NCBI RefSeq assembly: GCF_006345805.1
Contig: NC_042999.1
Coordinates: forward strand, 68,076,001 to 68,140,000
Direction of reading: 5' to 3'
Length of the DNA stretch: 64,000 nucleotides
From: Octopus sinensis
Lineage: Eukaryota
Part shown: positions 38,421 through 53,500 of the stretch, in pieces
How the letters are laid out: the number at the start of each line of letters is the position of its first letter
Numbering within the stretch: the stretch's first letter is position 1
Notes under the pieces: model-generated
Database searches by the model: none
What the model was told of the DNA's origin: nothing
The model's input: only the letters and a program-made list of their open reading frames with translations
Made by a program: the position numbers and the translations under genes

Positions 38421-39031
38421 TAGTGTTTAGTTGTAGTTTGAGTGTGATAATAGTGGTGGTTGTGCTGGTAGGAGTCAGTGTTTAAATGCTCTGCATGTGT
38501 CTGCTCTGAGCAAACTTAACCCAGTTTTCGAAAAGGACATAACATCTTGCTGATACTATGAGTTTGTACCTCAGGTCACTAATTCTTTGTCTACCTGTCT
38601 GTCTGTCTGTCTGTCTGTTTGCCTGTCGGTCTGTATCTTTCTCTGTGTATGTGTGTGTATGTGAGCGTGTGTGAGTGAGAGAGAGATGAGGAGAAAGAAA
38701 GAAAGAAAGAAAGAAAGAAAACTTCGGAATTTGAAGTCACCATTTTCGTAAAAAATAAATTATAAATTTAAATTCTGTTTAGACGTATTGATTATTCTGT
38801 GGGTTAATGCTCGTTTGTACATAAAACACACTCACTTAATACATAGGCAAACGTTCACATACATTAAATTTGATGGATTACGTCGTTGAGAGGCGCTTTG
38901 GTGAAATCGATAACTCGATCGTCTTACGGCGCACTTCAAAAGTGCATAATTTGCAGTTGATACACACATACATACATATTCACACACACACATATGTATA
39001 TACATATATACATAATCACACACTGTGTGTG

Positions 39032-39091
<60 letters not shown>

Positions 39092-39100
39092 AAATGTGTG

Positions 39101-39131
<31 letters not shown>

Positions 39132-39137
39132 ATATAA

Positions 39138-39172
<35 letters not shown>

Positions 39173-39231
39173 GTACATATATACATACGCACACGTATAT
39201 ACAGACATGCATTCATATATATATATATATA

Positions 39232-40630
<1,399 letters not shown>

Positions 40631-40691
40631 GTATGTATGTATGTATGTATATATATATATGTATGTATATATATATATGTATATATATATG

Positions 40692-40738
<47 letters not shown>

Positions 40739-40934
40739 CTGTATGTATATATATGCATTGTTGTATTCGGGATGGTAAATTTTTTTCTTTTTTTTCTTTG
40801 CAAATAAACACACGCACTATATATTTGTTCTTCACTCGTTTATCATTGTTCTTATTTTAACTCACGTCCATTGTCCAGAAAAATTTTCGTAAAATGTTAC
40901 AGAGGCTTAAAGTTTGATCATTTTTACCCAATCA

Positions 40935-41355
40935 GGCGCAGACGTGACTGTGTGGTAAGAAGCTTGCTTCCCGACCACAAGGTTCTGCGTTCAGTCCCAC
41001 TGCGTGGCACCTTGGATAAAGGGTCTTCTACTTTAGCATCGGGCCAACTAATGCCTTGTGAGTGGATTTGGTAGACGGAAACTGCAAGAAACCCGTCGTA
41101 TATGTATAGATCTATATGTGTATGCGTGTTTGTGTGTCTGTGTGCCTTTCTGCTTGTCCCCTCTTCACCGATTGACAACCCGTGTTGGTGTGTTTACATC
41201 CCTGTAAATTAGCCGTTCGGCAAAAAAGACTGATAGAATAAGTACTATGCTTAAAAAATAAATCATATGTCGATTTGTTCGATCAAAAGCCTTCAAGGTG
41301 GTGCTCCAGCATGGCTGCAGTTAAATGACTGAAACAAGTAAAAGAATAAAAGAAT
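40935..41355 (+). mobile_element. SINE family A
   Basis: Complete head and tail. Confidence 0.85.
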
Positions 41356-41399
41356 GAAAAAATAAGATTTTGAAGCTAATCTCATGGGAGCGCTGGATA

Positions 41400-42300
41400 G
41401 ATCGAACAAGCAATTTGCTTTGGGTCTGGTTTGGTCCAGACATCTAATTGGACAACTAGAACAGGATGAGAGACAAGGGGACCAGTTTCACTTAGCAATT
41501 GGCTGAAAGGAAGCTATCACTGAAAAGTCAGACAAGGATGGCGAACGCCAGCATCGCATCCATCATCTATTAAAGCCTAACGGTCAATTCTTGACCCAAT
41601 TCTGCTCTTTCGCTTTTAACAGAAGGGACGCTTTTCCACTGGTCAGATACTCTGTTTGTTTTCAACATCCGCTGAGTGGACATACTGTGACTAATGATGC
41701 GCAGATATTCTCTGAGGCTGCGGTATATCTAGTATTTTCTTGACAGTGAGCACATGTAGTCCCTATTTGTCAGATACGCTTCACCTTAACTCGAATCTTA
41801 AACGGAGCTGGCTCAAGTGAAGACTAAGAGAGGGTTCTTGGTGTCTAGAATGTCGTCAGATGCTCACAGCTTTCTACCAGTCGGCAAATGCCGTCGGAGA
41901 AAATTCCGCTTAGCGTTCTAAAGAGGATTAGTAAAGGGCTGGTGCGATGACGTTCTCGGGAAAAACATTAGGCGTTGACGAAAACCAGATAGCTGGTCTG
42001 TTTTGGTGGACTTTCGGCATGGATAAGTTCCAGAAATCCGTGACCTGATTGTGCTCCCGGGAGGCAGTGACGATTCGAGATAGACTCTATAAGCACATTA
42101 GTCCTGGCAGCTGGGCTTGTACAAGATGCAGTGCGACGAAACTGTTTCGCTCGCACTCGTTCAGTCCTCGAGCATTTTACCAACTTATGAGTTTATATCA
42201 AACAGTTATGGGCGAGACTAACAGGATTGATGACAGACTTTGTCTTTTAGGCCAAGCCGTCGTTAGCTATTTCAGATTTCACAGAAAAGGGAAACTCATG
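41400..42300 (-). mobile_element. Possible decayed LINE 5' region / Cys-rich ORF1
   Basis: Broken Cys-rich peptides (QCILYKPSCQDxCA; TCAHCQ...ICA...CPLSGC); weak. Confidence 0.2.
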
Positions 42301-42327
42301 GTGTTGCTTCACTGAAAATTAGTTGAA

Positions 42328-42718
42328 AGGTAGATGAAATGCGTAGCCGTATTTCGCTCTGCCGTTACGTTCTGAGTTCAAATTCCGCCGAGGTCGACTT
42401 TGCCTTTCATCCTTTCGGGGTCGATAAATTAAGTACCAGTTACGCACTGGGGTCGATGTAATCGACGTAATCCGTTTGTCTGTCCTTGTTTGTCCTCTCT
42501 GTATTTAGCCCCTTGTGGGTAGTAAAGAAATAGGTATTTCGTCTGCCGTTACGTTCTGAGTTCAAATTCCGCCGAGGTCGACTTTTCCTTTCATCCTTTC
42601 GGGGTCCATAAATTAAGTACCAGTTACGCACTGAGGTCGATGTAATCGACTTGATCCGTTTGTCTGTCCTTGTTTGTCCCTTCTGTGTTTAGGCCCTTGT
42701 GGGTAATAAAGAAACAGG
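42328..42718 (+). mobile_element. Tandem headless SINE family B units
   Basis: Core and tail repeated twice. Confidence 0.85.
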
Positions 42719-43639
42719 TAGATGAGACTGTCAAGCACAGTGCAAATAAACGGTCTACTTATCAAACAGGCCAATTTGATAAATGCCATGCACGAAACTT
42801 TCGACCTACAAGTCACTTTGTAACTCCTGAGGATTAAAAATACTTTTTAAAAATGTATATATTCTTTTTATCCTGTTTGTTGAACCGCGCGTACGCATAC
42901 ACACACAAGCATGCACACATGTACGAGCACACGCACACACACGCGCGCATACGAACGTACGCCCACATACACACACACAAGCACGCACACATGCACACAC
43001 ACGCGAACACACGCACGCACACACACCCACACACACGCATATACACACACAAGCATGCATACACCACACACACACACGAACACACACATACACACACACG
43101 CACACGCACGCACGCCCACACACACACGCATACGCACACATGCACACATACACGCACACATGCACACACACGCACACACTGACACTCACACATGCACACA
43201 CAGACAAAAAAATGCAAGCACTCATATATTTTGTGAATAGAGAGGATATATTAATATTTATACAACACAGTATTATAGATCCATTTCAGCCGATTTTATC
43301 AACTTGTTTCTTACATGTGAGTTAAGAGAAAACAGATTCCGAGCGATCGTCACAAGAGCTGGTATGAAGGGTATGGTGACATCCGGTTTGTGAGTGTAAT
43401 GAAAGACCAGAGCAAGAAAAATCCTGTGTGAGAAGTTCAGAGAGGAAATTTATATTGAGTCACAGTGTCTACACTGCAGAATGGGATTGGGGATTCGGTG
43501 CGGGCAGAATGTGGTTGGTAAGTGGGTAGGGAAGAAGTGCAGAAATAGGGATAGGTGGTTGTCAGATCTTAAATTTATGATGCGCAGATATATATTTGTA
43601 CATATAAATGCGTGTGTGTTTTTACTGTATAAGTTGAGT

Positions 43640-44420
43640 GTGACAAACCTTCTGCTAAACCTTCAGACTGAAGGTAGGATCTTTAACGTTTATAATCATG
43701 GTGCAATCCGCCAGTATTCAAGCCCGTATTTCTTTCTATTGAAATAAAGCTTGTACTTCTCCAGTACTCTCCGCTTGACACTATAATAAGTGACACTTTC
43801 TTTCAACGACCGTATCAGTCTAGCTAGAGCTGTGGTATTTCATCATGCTTGGATACTGAAGGAGAACTTATGGTTGTTAAATCGGTCCTGAAGGTTCCTT
43901 CTGCCGCCCCCATATATTCCAGTCCGTCCGTCTGCTTACTGGGGTACTTTGACATCACCTCTACCCCATTTCTGTGTTGCTTTGCTATTAAGTGAACATT
44001 CCGTGTTGCCTCCGCATGAGCTTCCTGCCTTTGTCTCAGGTATAGGCCTACCTACTAAAATTTTCTTTATTCTTGGAGCACAGGTAGAAAAAACTCTTGA
44101 GGTGTGTCTATTAAATATTTTTAACCTATGCGTTTGGGGAACTACTTATCCACCAAACTAAAAAAGATCTTACTTATACGAGTTCTTACTTTCTGAGAGA
44201 AATAGGTGTGAACCACAAAACTTTCCTGTTGATGGCGTTTGGGGCGGGTGTAACTAATCCTGCCTTTAAATTCGCTGTTGGCCAGGGCTTCGTCGTAATG
44301 CGGAGCAATGGTATCCAAAATCTCTTTTTTTTTTGTTTGTTTTTAGACAGATAAGAGATTCTTTTGCTGGTCCTCTTTACCAGGTTCCTGAACACTAATG
44401 GCTGATCGATAGGAAACTGC
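43640..44420 (-). mobile_element. Decayed Penelope-like element C-terminus with GIY-YIG endonuclease
   Basis: RKVLWFTP...LVDKxFPK...KIFNRHT...CGGNTECSLN...YMGAAEGTF...RFNNHKFSF...TTALARLI; frameshifted. Confidence 0.72.
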
Positions 44421-44671
44421 ATTAATAATATAAGTTAGCTTTTCGTTCGACTATCTGAAGAGCTTAAAAGCAGCAATTCCTAAGTTTAAGGGCAGGTTGG
44501 TTTCTATTGTGGCCTTAAATCCAAGAGAATTCGGAGTAACAATTTTTGCAACATGGACTGGTTTCATGCAAAACAATTTTTACACGGACCGGGGGACCAC
44601 GTGTATAACAAAACAATAAAATACATAATGTATAATTAATTACTACATACATACATTTATATATGTACATA

Positions 44672-44735
<64 letters not shown>

Positions 44736-45599
44736 CAAAAATACATTGCATATTGCAATAGTCAAAATATAAAAGCAAAATTTGAATTTTTTTTCTGTGC
44801 GGCCCGGTACCAAATAAATCACGTCCCAGTGGTGGGGGGCACCCCTAAGTTAGATCACTGTTTCTACATCATGTACTAGTAGTACACTGTTGTTAATACA
44901 GTGAATTATACACTGTTTATTTCCAATCAGAGGTTTTTATTATGCCGCCGTCTTGTTAGATTCATATTTAATTAACTTCTTTCTAACTTATTTCCTCAAA
45001 AAAAATGGAGAAATCTATGAAACATTTTTTCTTTCAGTTTTACACGAACGTTTTTCATATTAACAAAAGAGGAATAGTTCTTGTTAATTTTATAAAACTG
45101 TGTATGTTTATTTAACTGATCAAAGTTGCGTGTACCCGAGCCAGGGTACATGGAAATCATGGGTTGCAGCATGGTTCATATCACTAGATGTGGAGCAGAT
45201 GAACAGTCAACAATCAACAGCCAGAATCAATTATTTCAGTTAGCCAACTACCGCTATCGCCTGTAGTCGTAAAGTGCACAGACGAGATATTTCAGCTAGT
45301 GAATGACCAACATGACTAAAAGCCAAGCCAGACGTTCATGCCGCATCACTCGATCGGAACGTCTGGCGTGGAAGAGTTGCATTGGACCGGGCAAGTCGCC
45401 CGACCGGATGATATGCATATTAACTTTGCAAAGTTGTGTATGTCTGTTAAATGTGTAAACCTCTATATACCTCGTAAAGCTTTATACTTTTATATTTGTT
45501 AATTTAAGCTGATTGAATATCGGTGTACTTCATCAGGTCCAATTTGAGACTGTAGCGACTCCAATTTCTATTATGGCATATCGAAAACATCTTATTTAT

Positions 45600-45965
45600 A
45601 TATAGGCTCATCACGTTAACCTGTAGTGATTGGTCAACATACCTATCATGTGAGTGTTTTGACATTTGTTGAGTCCTGTGTTGTGATTGGTTGAGTGTTG
45701 CGCGGGAATTGTATCAGAAGTTCAATCACATTGCGCGTAATATATTTCATACAACTAATCCGCATGTATTCTGGAGCCTCTTTTTCCCCCCATAAAATGG
45801 TGCCACAAATCATCTACAAGTTAGAAGGGTGAGAGTTTTTCATCAGGGCGAGTTATGCGGATCCTACATTTTTTTTTTTAAAGGAGAATTAATGTAACGG
45901 AACCAATGGCGACCCAAGTTGAATTATCAAAACAATAGATGAACAACAACAACCAGAATGGGTAA
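45600..45965 (+). promoter_or_regulatory. Possible promoter-like segment
   Basis: Two gattgg (reverse CCAAT) boxes, gcgcgggaa (E2F-like), aatggcg (YY1-like), possible donor gg|gtaatg; motif-level evidence only. Confidence 0.2.
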
Positions 45966-46123
45966 TGTTTCTTGCTTTGATCCATTGTACCACTTTGCGA
46001 AGGTATAAAGTTCCACTGTTACTTTAAAGTTAGTTTCTTTTGTTACTTCTACGAATGAACATGCAACATATATTATATAATGACATACGCGATTCTTTAG
46101 CAAAACAAAGGGAGACTTTATAG

Positions 46124-46474
46124 CAGGGGTCCTCAACCATTTTTCATCCATGGATCCTATTGATTACTATTGCATTTTGGTGTCCCCCCCCCACTAGCCA
46201 TTTGATGTTTAAAAACTAGTTTTATAGATACTTCTTTCAAAATTCCTATTTTGTTTTTCACACATCAACTTGTGTAGATTGAATTATGTAAAGCGTTAGG
46301 GAAAGAAACCCAGCTGTTTCTTGCAATACATACAAATATATACATCTAAAGCAAAATGTTTTCCAGGGCCCTTAAAATACTATTGTGGATTCCCGGTTTA
46401 CTATTTTGTTGCGTGGACCCCAAAAAATCTTCTATGGACCGTCAAGGGTCATATGGACCTCAGTTGAGAACTAC
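46124..46474. mobile_element. hAT (Charlie-like) MITE
   Basis: caggggtcctcaac...gttgagaactac termini; same family as 58245-58507. Confidence 0.65.
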
Positions 46475-47047
46475 TTTAGACCAACGTAAAAAGACTAATC
46501 AACAACAGCAATAACAAAGATAAGCCAACAGGGTAGCTTTTATATGGTTATTCGAAATGCTAGAAACACCAACCAGATATTCCTCGAGTAAATTCAAACC
46601 TACCGTTTTGGAAAAGGACATGTTGAATAATATAGCCCTTGATTCCGTACAAGCGAGCAAAAGACAGGATGATCATAAATGGAACGCTTTTTTACTCATA
46701 GGTTTGCTCAGATGAATCAAGGCTAACTTGCGCTTTAACCCACAATGACCACGTAAGTTATGTAAGAAGACTCCCGTGTAAACGATGCAATAATAAGAAA
46801 TATTATATATGAGAAATATTTAAACGAAAAATATTCTAAATACTGTTATGTGTCGTTGCCTCTGTGAGTAAAGCGAGCAATGAGTGCGTAACGAACAGTG
46901 TTAGATGATCAATGCTTATTAATTATTGAGACATACGCCTGTTAACTTAATGGCTTTCATAATGTCTCTCTCATTGTAGCAGAATATCCAATAGGAATTA
47001 GAATTTAACGGGAAATACATTAACTTGATTTCAAATAGACAATGGTG

Positions 47048-47146
<99 letters not shown>

Positions 47147-47260
47147 AATAGAGAAACAAATAAATAAATTTAATATTAATATATCTTTTCGTTTCATACC
47201 ATAACAACTTCATTATATACTCTCTCTCCTTCAATCTATCTCTCTGTCCCTGTTTTACTT

Positions 47261-47310
<50 letters not shown>

Positions 47311-47470
47311 TCTCTTCATTTATTCCTTTCTATTTTTTAAAAAATCTCTTTATCCTTCTTTCAGCTAACAATCTATGTGTAATTATACACATGTATGTGT
47401 CCATGTATGTATGTATGCATGTGCACGTGTATATTTACACACACACACACATTTTTCGTGTGAATATTTA

Positions 47471-47499
<29 letters not shown>

Positions 47500-47508
<9 letters not shown>

Positions 47509-48388
47509 GTTCCGAGTTTAGTCCTATTGCGTCGTGGGACCCTGAGCAAGTGTCTTCTACTATAGTCTCGAACCGACCAAAGTTTTATGAATGGCTTTGG
47601 TAGACGGAAACTGAAGAGACTGTCAGATAGCAGCCATACTGGAGCACTACCATGAAGGATTTTAGTCGAACGAATCGACCCCAGTTCGATTTTAAACCCT
47701 GATACTTATTCCATTAGTTTCTTTTGCCGAACGCTAAGTTACGGGGACATAAACACACCAACATCGGTTGTCAAGCGGTAGTGCGGGTCAAACGGACACA
47801 AACACACACATACATATACGATGGGCTTCTTTCAGTTTCCGTCCACTAAATCCACCAACAAGGCTTTGGTCCGCTCTGAACTCGGAAGCATGTGGGTGGG
47901 AAGCAAGCACATGGTTCCATGTTCGGTCTTACCACATGCCTATGTGTAGGCGCCGGCTTGGCTGTGTGATAAGAAGCTTGCTTCCCAACCACATGGTTCC
48001 TGGTTTAGTCCCATTGCGTGACACCTTGGTCAAGTGTCTTCTACTATAGCCTCGGGCCGACTGAAGCTATATGAGTGGATTTGATAAACGGAAACTGAAA
48101 GAAGTCCGTCGTATGTGTGTATGTGTTTGTGCGTGTATGTCTGTGCATGTGTACGTGTGCGTGTGTGTGTGTCTTTGTGTCTGCGTTTGTTCCCTTGACA
48201 ACCGGTGTTGGTGTGTTTACGTCCCCGTAATCTAGCGGTTCGGCAAAATATACCGATGGCATAAGTACCAGGCTTAACAAAAGAAGAAGTACAGGGATGG
48301 ATTCTTTCGACCAAAAATTCTTCAAGGTGGTGCCCCAGCATGGCCACAGTCTAACAACTGAAACAAGATAAACAATAAAAGATAAAAG

Positions 48389-48390
<2 letters not shown>
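47500..48390. mobile_element. Cluster of family A SINE pieces (fragment +, copy -, copy + at 47949-48390)
   Basis: Similarity to family A. Confidence 0.8.
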
Positions 48391-48436
<46 letters not shown>

Positions 48437-49023
48437 AAAACATTTTTTTAAAAATGCAGAATGCTCAAATGAAAGAAAATTTTAATAAAATGAGAAAATG
48501 ATAAAATATATAATGTATATTTATTCAACCGGTTTTCGTCATTGTATGACTTGTCAAGAATATTTATGTTTTAAGAAGTTTTTTTTTAAATTAGAAAGGG
48601 GAAAAAAAAGAAAATTGCATTGTTTTTTGTAAAAGAATAATGATAAAAATGTACAAAAATTAAAAAATAAGTTCTCCGATACATTGTGAGTTCGTTGTGT
48701 ATCTTGCGTTTTATGGTTGTTTACGAAAAAATTACCTTGAGGTGTTAAGATCCAAAGGGATTAAGAGCATGTGTTGTGTTGTGTTGTTAAATTCAGCATG
48801 TTTGCAGGACAGGAAGTAGTAGTAATTGTGGTCCTGGTTCTTCAGTTCCTGTGTTGTGAGTAAGGGGAGACAACTCTTTTGAGTTCTTCAATAAAACCCA
48901 AATTATAAAACTATCATTTTAGCTTCATTTGCATTATCTTTTTTATATAATTGCTTGTTAACTTAACTTTCAGATTTTAACACTTTATTTACATTATTTT
49001 CTAATAATATAAATCTGCATTAA

Positions 49024-50587
49024 AACTAAGGCCCATCGTGGCTGGTACCTCCTGTGAAACACACCGCCTGAGTAACTTCCTAGACATCCTTTTGAAACCT
49101 TTCCTTACCCACATCAAAAGTTTCATTAGGGATGATCTGGACATGCTCAAACACCTCCCGAAAACAGTTAACGAGGAGGCACTCCTGGTATCCTTTGAGT
49201 CATCAACCTCTACACCAACATTCCACATGAGTATGGTATAGAGGCAATTGACTTCTGGCTAGAAAAACACCCAGAGACATTCCCTGACCGCATAACAAGT
49301 CTTTTATTACAGAATCTCTTAAGTTCATTCTGACAAACAATTTTTTCTCTTCGACGACACACACTACCGTCAAAAATGTGGCATTGCGATGGGTACCAAG
49401 GCTGCACCAGTCCTTGCGAACCTCATAATGGGTTACTTCGAACTGTCACTCTATGAAATATCAAGCCAGAAATTTGGACATGTTTTCCACACCTACCTAA
49501 TGGAAAACTGGAAAAGGTATTTAGATGATTGTTTCATCATATGGAAAGAACCTTATGAAAAACTCCTGGAATTCAAAACCATACTAAACAACATACATCC
49601 CAACATCCAATTCACTATGGAATTAAGCAAACATCATCTCCATTCCTTGATCTCCTAATATAAAAACACCTAAGAACCAAATCATAACAGACATCTACCA
49701 CAAACCTACAGACTCACAACAATACCTCCTCTTTAGTTCATGCCACCCAAAACACACCAAGACAAATATCCCTTTCAATTTAGCTAAAAGGGTATGCACC
49801 ATTGTCTCGGATCCAAAAACACGAGAAATACGCCTTCAAGACCTCAAAAAAACACTATTACAACGTCAATATCCCTCCACCCTTATAGAGTATGGAATAA
49901 AAACGCGCCAAAGAACTAGACAACACTACACTGAAAACCACCCAACCTAACACCACACACAACCTCAAAATACTTCCATACATTTCCACCCACAACCCCA
50001 AAAATATCGAAGCATACACCACAATCATACAAAACCTCAGTCTACTGTCAACAGACCCAAAAATGAAAAACATTATAAATACACACAAAATCCTCAAATG
50101 CAAAAGGCAACACAAATCTTTAAAAAAACTCTTGACAAATGCCAAACTTCACACACCACATCCACCCCCAACAGTAAAAAAATGTGCACGCTCAAACTGT
50201 GGTACCTGCCCCTTTCTACTTGAAGGCTCTGAATTTACCTTCAAACAAGGTACGAAGTTTAAAATCAAGTCTAACTTCTCCTGTTCCTCCGAGAACCTTA
50301 TCTACGTTCTCACATGCGCTGGTTGCCAACATAATTATGTTGGACAAACGAGTCTCCCGTTACGTAAACGAGTAACGGTGCATAAAGAACAAATAAATCT
50401 CCCGGAATACCGACAAATTCCACTGAGTGACCACTTAGACTCATGTGCTAAAGACTTAAACCCCAAATTCTATATATTCCCCTTCTACCAATGTAAAGAC
50501 GGGATCACCACACAGGAGAGAATTAACAAGGAGAATCTCTTTATTGAAAAATTCCAAACACAACTTAATATGCAAACTCCTCGTTGA
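49024..50587 (+). pseudogene. PLE RT/GIY-YIG ORF, frameshifted
   Basis: ORF-track pieces 49038-49241, 49389-49658 and 50063-50587 are colinear. Confidence 0.88.
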
Positions 50588-51219
50588 TCAAACTTCCTTT
50601 CTCTACCTCACTTTTCATGGATGGACTAACACAAATATATAAAGATACCATGCATTCATCACTTCAAGCTAAAACTTATGTTCTTTAAATATCATTTTTA
50701 CTATTGTTGTTATTACTATCATTTTTATTATAAATGATATGACAATTTGAAATGCAATTGTCTATGCAGATTTATATTATTAGAAAATAATGTAAATAAA
50801 GTGTTAAAATCTGAAAGTTAAGTTAACAAGCAATTATATAAAAAAGATAATGCAAATGAAGCTAAAATGATAGTTTTATAATTTGGGTTTTATTGAAGAA
50901 CTCAAAAGAGTTGTCTCCCCTTACTCACAACACAGGAACTGAAGAACCAGGACCACAATTACTACTACTTCCTGTCCTGCAAACATGCTGAATTAACAAC
51001 ACAACACAACACATGCTCTTAATCCCTTTGGATCTTAACACCTCAAGGTAATTTTTTCGTAAACAACCATAAAACGCAAGATACACAACGAACTCACAAT
51101 GTATCGGAGAACTTATTTTTTAATTTTTGTACATTTTTATCATTATTCTTTTACAAAAAACAATGCAATTTTCTTTTTTCCCCTTTCTAATTTAAAAAAA
51201 AAACTTCTTAAAACATAAA

Positions 51220-51260
51220 TATTCTTGACAAGTCATACAATGACGAAAACCGGTTGAATA
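51220..51260 (+). ncRNA. Candidate minimal hammerhead with U3:A8 core in PLE pseudo-LTR (mirror 48522-48562, minus)
   Basis: TATTC-TTGACAA-GTCA-tacaa-TGAC-GAAA-ACCGGT-T-GAATA; one extra A relative to canonical. Confidence 0.45.
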
Positions 51261-51399
51261 AATATACATTTATATATTTTATCATTTTCTCATTTTATTA
51301 AAATTTTCTTTCATTTGAGCATTCTGCATTTTTTAAAAAAATTTTTTCCTTACTTATCATTTCTCCACGTGCGGTCAACACAACCCCACCATTTATTGA

Positions 51400-51446
<47 letters not shown>

Positions 51447-52459
51447 TCATCATTGCTATTATCAATGTTTTTGTTGTTGTTGCTGCTACTGCTGTAGTTG
51501 ATGTTGCTGTTGCGCTCAATGTCTAAGGCACCTGGGGCACAATAAAAGAAATAATCATTATTATTTATTTACCTAGCTTTATCAGTAGTAGTAGTAGTAG
51601 TAGTAGTAGTAGCAGCAGCAGTAGTAGTAGTAGTAGTAGTAGTAGTAGCATCAGTAGTAGTAGTAGTAGTAGTAGTAGTACTTGATATAACAAAATATAA
51701 ATACATAGAACAAATAACAACAAATAAAAAAAACAGTTCTTTTCGAGCTTCTTGTTCCCCAACAAAGCACTTAGGAATACTTGAACGTTCGACTCATTAC
51801 CTTGGGGTAGAAAAAGGGTCCGCCCCTACACATTTTTATTCTATACTCATATTTTCGCAAATATTGATTTTGATTCGTGTATCACTTGTTCAGTATGGCC
51901 ACCACTGGTGTTGTGGGGCGAGGGGGGGGAAGGTACTTGCTACAAAGATAATAACAGAATAAACGCAGCCTTGTGAAATTTCAGATTTTTTAAATTGAAA
52001 GAAAAAAAAACGTATTTAAAAAAATAATAAACGGGAAACTGACATTCAGACTTAAATGATGCCGACAAAAGCAACAACACCTGCAAATCATTCTTTACAA
52101 TTGCTATAGGTCACGAGGAGTGACACGATATGAACCAGCTCCACAAAAAGAAGATGAATGGACGAGGTGTGTTACAAAAGGCAACACCTCCTTGCCTGAT
52201 AAATTCCTCCATTCAAGGCAAGGTGGAAGGTAATATATTTCTGGATATTTTTTCTATTTTGGGTTGTTTTTTTCTGCTTTTTTTTTAACAGAGGGGCTTT
52301 TCATATATCCTCGAAAGAGCATTAAGAAAAAACGCAGCCCGATGCTTGGCATAAATATTCCATCGACCAGGATGACCTAGAAATAGAACAGTATACTGGT
52401 CTGTAAGACCTTCAGACGAGGTAGAGTTGGTGCGCCTAAGTTAGAAGCCATTAATAAAA

Positions 52460-52867
52460 GCTGGCAGAAGCAACAGAGCATCGGGAAAAATGCTTTGCAG
52501 CATTCGTTCCTGCTTTTTATGCCCTGAGTTCAAATTCCGCCAAGGTAATTTGTGTCATTCATTCTTCTGGAAGTCAATGAAATAAAATACAGCTAAAGGA
52601 CTGGGGTTGATGTAATCGACTAACAACCTCACTCGAAACATTACTGGCTTTGAGTTTAAATCGGAAAAATTAAGGCGGTAAGCTGGCAGAAACGTTAGCG
52701 CGTCAAATAAAATGCTTAGCGCCATTTCGTCCATCTTTACGTTCTGTGTTCACATTCCAACGGGGTCGACTTTACCTTTCATCCTTTCGGGATCGATTAA
52801 ATAAGTACCAGTTGAACACTGGGACCGACTCATCCTCTCACCCGAAATTGTAGGCCTTGTGTCAAAC

Positions 52868-52870
<3 letters not shown>
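52460..52870 (+). mobile_element. Two SINE family B copies
   Basis: Similarity to family B. Confidence 0.75.
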
Positions 52871-52930
<60 letters not shown>

Positions 52931-52931
<1 letters not shown>

Positions 52932-53303
52932 TTCTTCTTCTTTCAAATCTGCTTCCATTTCTTGCCGGGTATTTTCCCGACTCCTAGGGCAAAGAAACTC
53001 ATTGTATACATTGGTAGGCCATTAAACTAAACTCACTAGTTCTTTTTTTTTTTTTTTTTTGATAGAAATAAAGTTAAATTAAAATACATGGGTAGTAATA
53101 GTTCTCACATCGACAATGCTCTTCTCAATACGTGTGCTGTACCAGTTAAGACAATCTTTTGCACTTCTTGCCGGGATGGTAAGCCAGGGATCATTCTCAT
53201 ATAATTTTCGGTTCCCTTCTTGATCATTCCTAGTGCTCCTACGATCACTGGTATTGTAACCGCCTTGAGATGCCACATTTTGAAATTGAAATGTGGCATC
53301 TCA

Positions 53304-53304
<1 letters not shown>
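52931..53304 (-). mobile_element. R4/Dong-like 3' fragment, lineage 3, with 16-nt fold-back at its 5' junction
   Basis: MWHLKAVTIPVIVGALGMIKKG...EVQKIVLTGTAHVLRRALSM; (TAA)n on both sides. Confidence 0.85.
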
Positions 53305-53347
<43 letters not shown>

Positions 53348-53348
<1 letters not shown>

Positions 53349-53500
53349 GAGTGAGAGAGCAGTGCATGTCATCAAAGTGACACTGGGGTAAAATATACGA
53401 AGCCCAATATACCCATCATGACTACCCGTCTGATAAAGGTACACCAGGCACATGCATCACAACCATATGTGCGCGACATGGTGATCTCATGTCGCGCACA

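Larger units (their letters stand above)
48432..51352 (+). mobile_element. 5'-truncated Penelope-like element (RT + GIY-YIG) with 589-bp inverted pseudo-LTR
   Basis: LRPIVAG...RLSNFLDILLKPF; GIAMGTKAAPVLANLIMG; WKRYLDDCF; CARSNCGTC; NLIYVLTC...YVGQT...RKRVTVH; 48432-49020 is the reverse complement of 50764-51352. Confidence 0.95.

Noticed and set aside
50938-50992. ctgaagaaccaggac...gtcctgcaaacatgc in the PLE repeat
   Set aside because: G12 and U16.1 are missing in both repeat copies; the 51220 motif fits better
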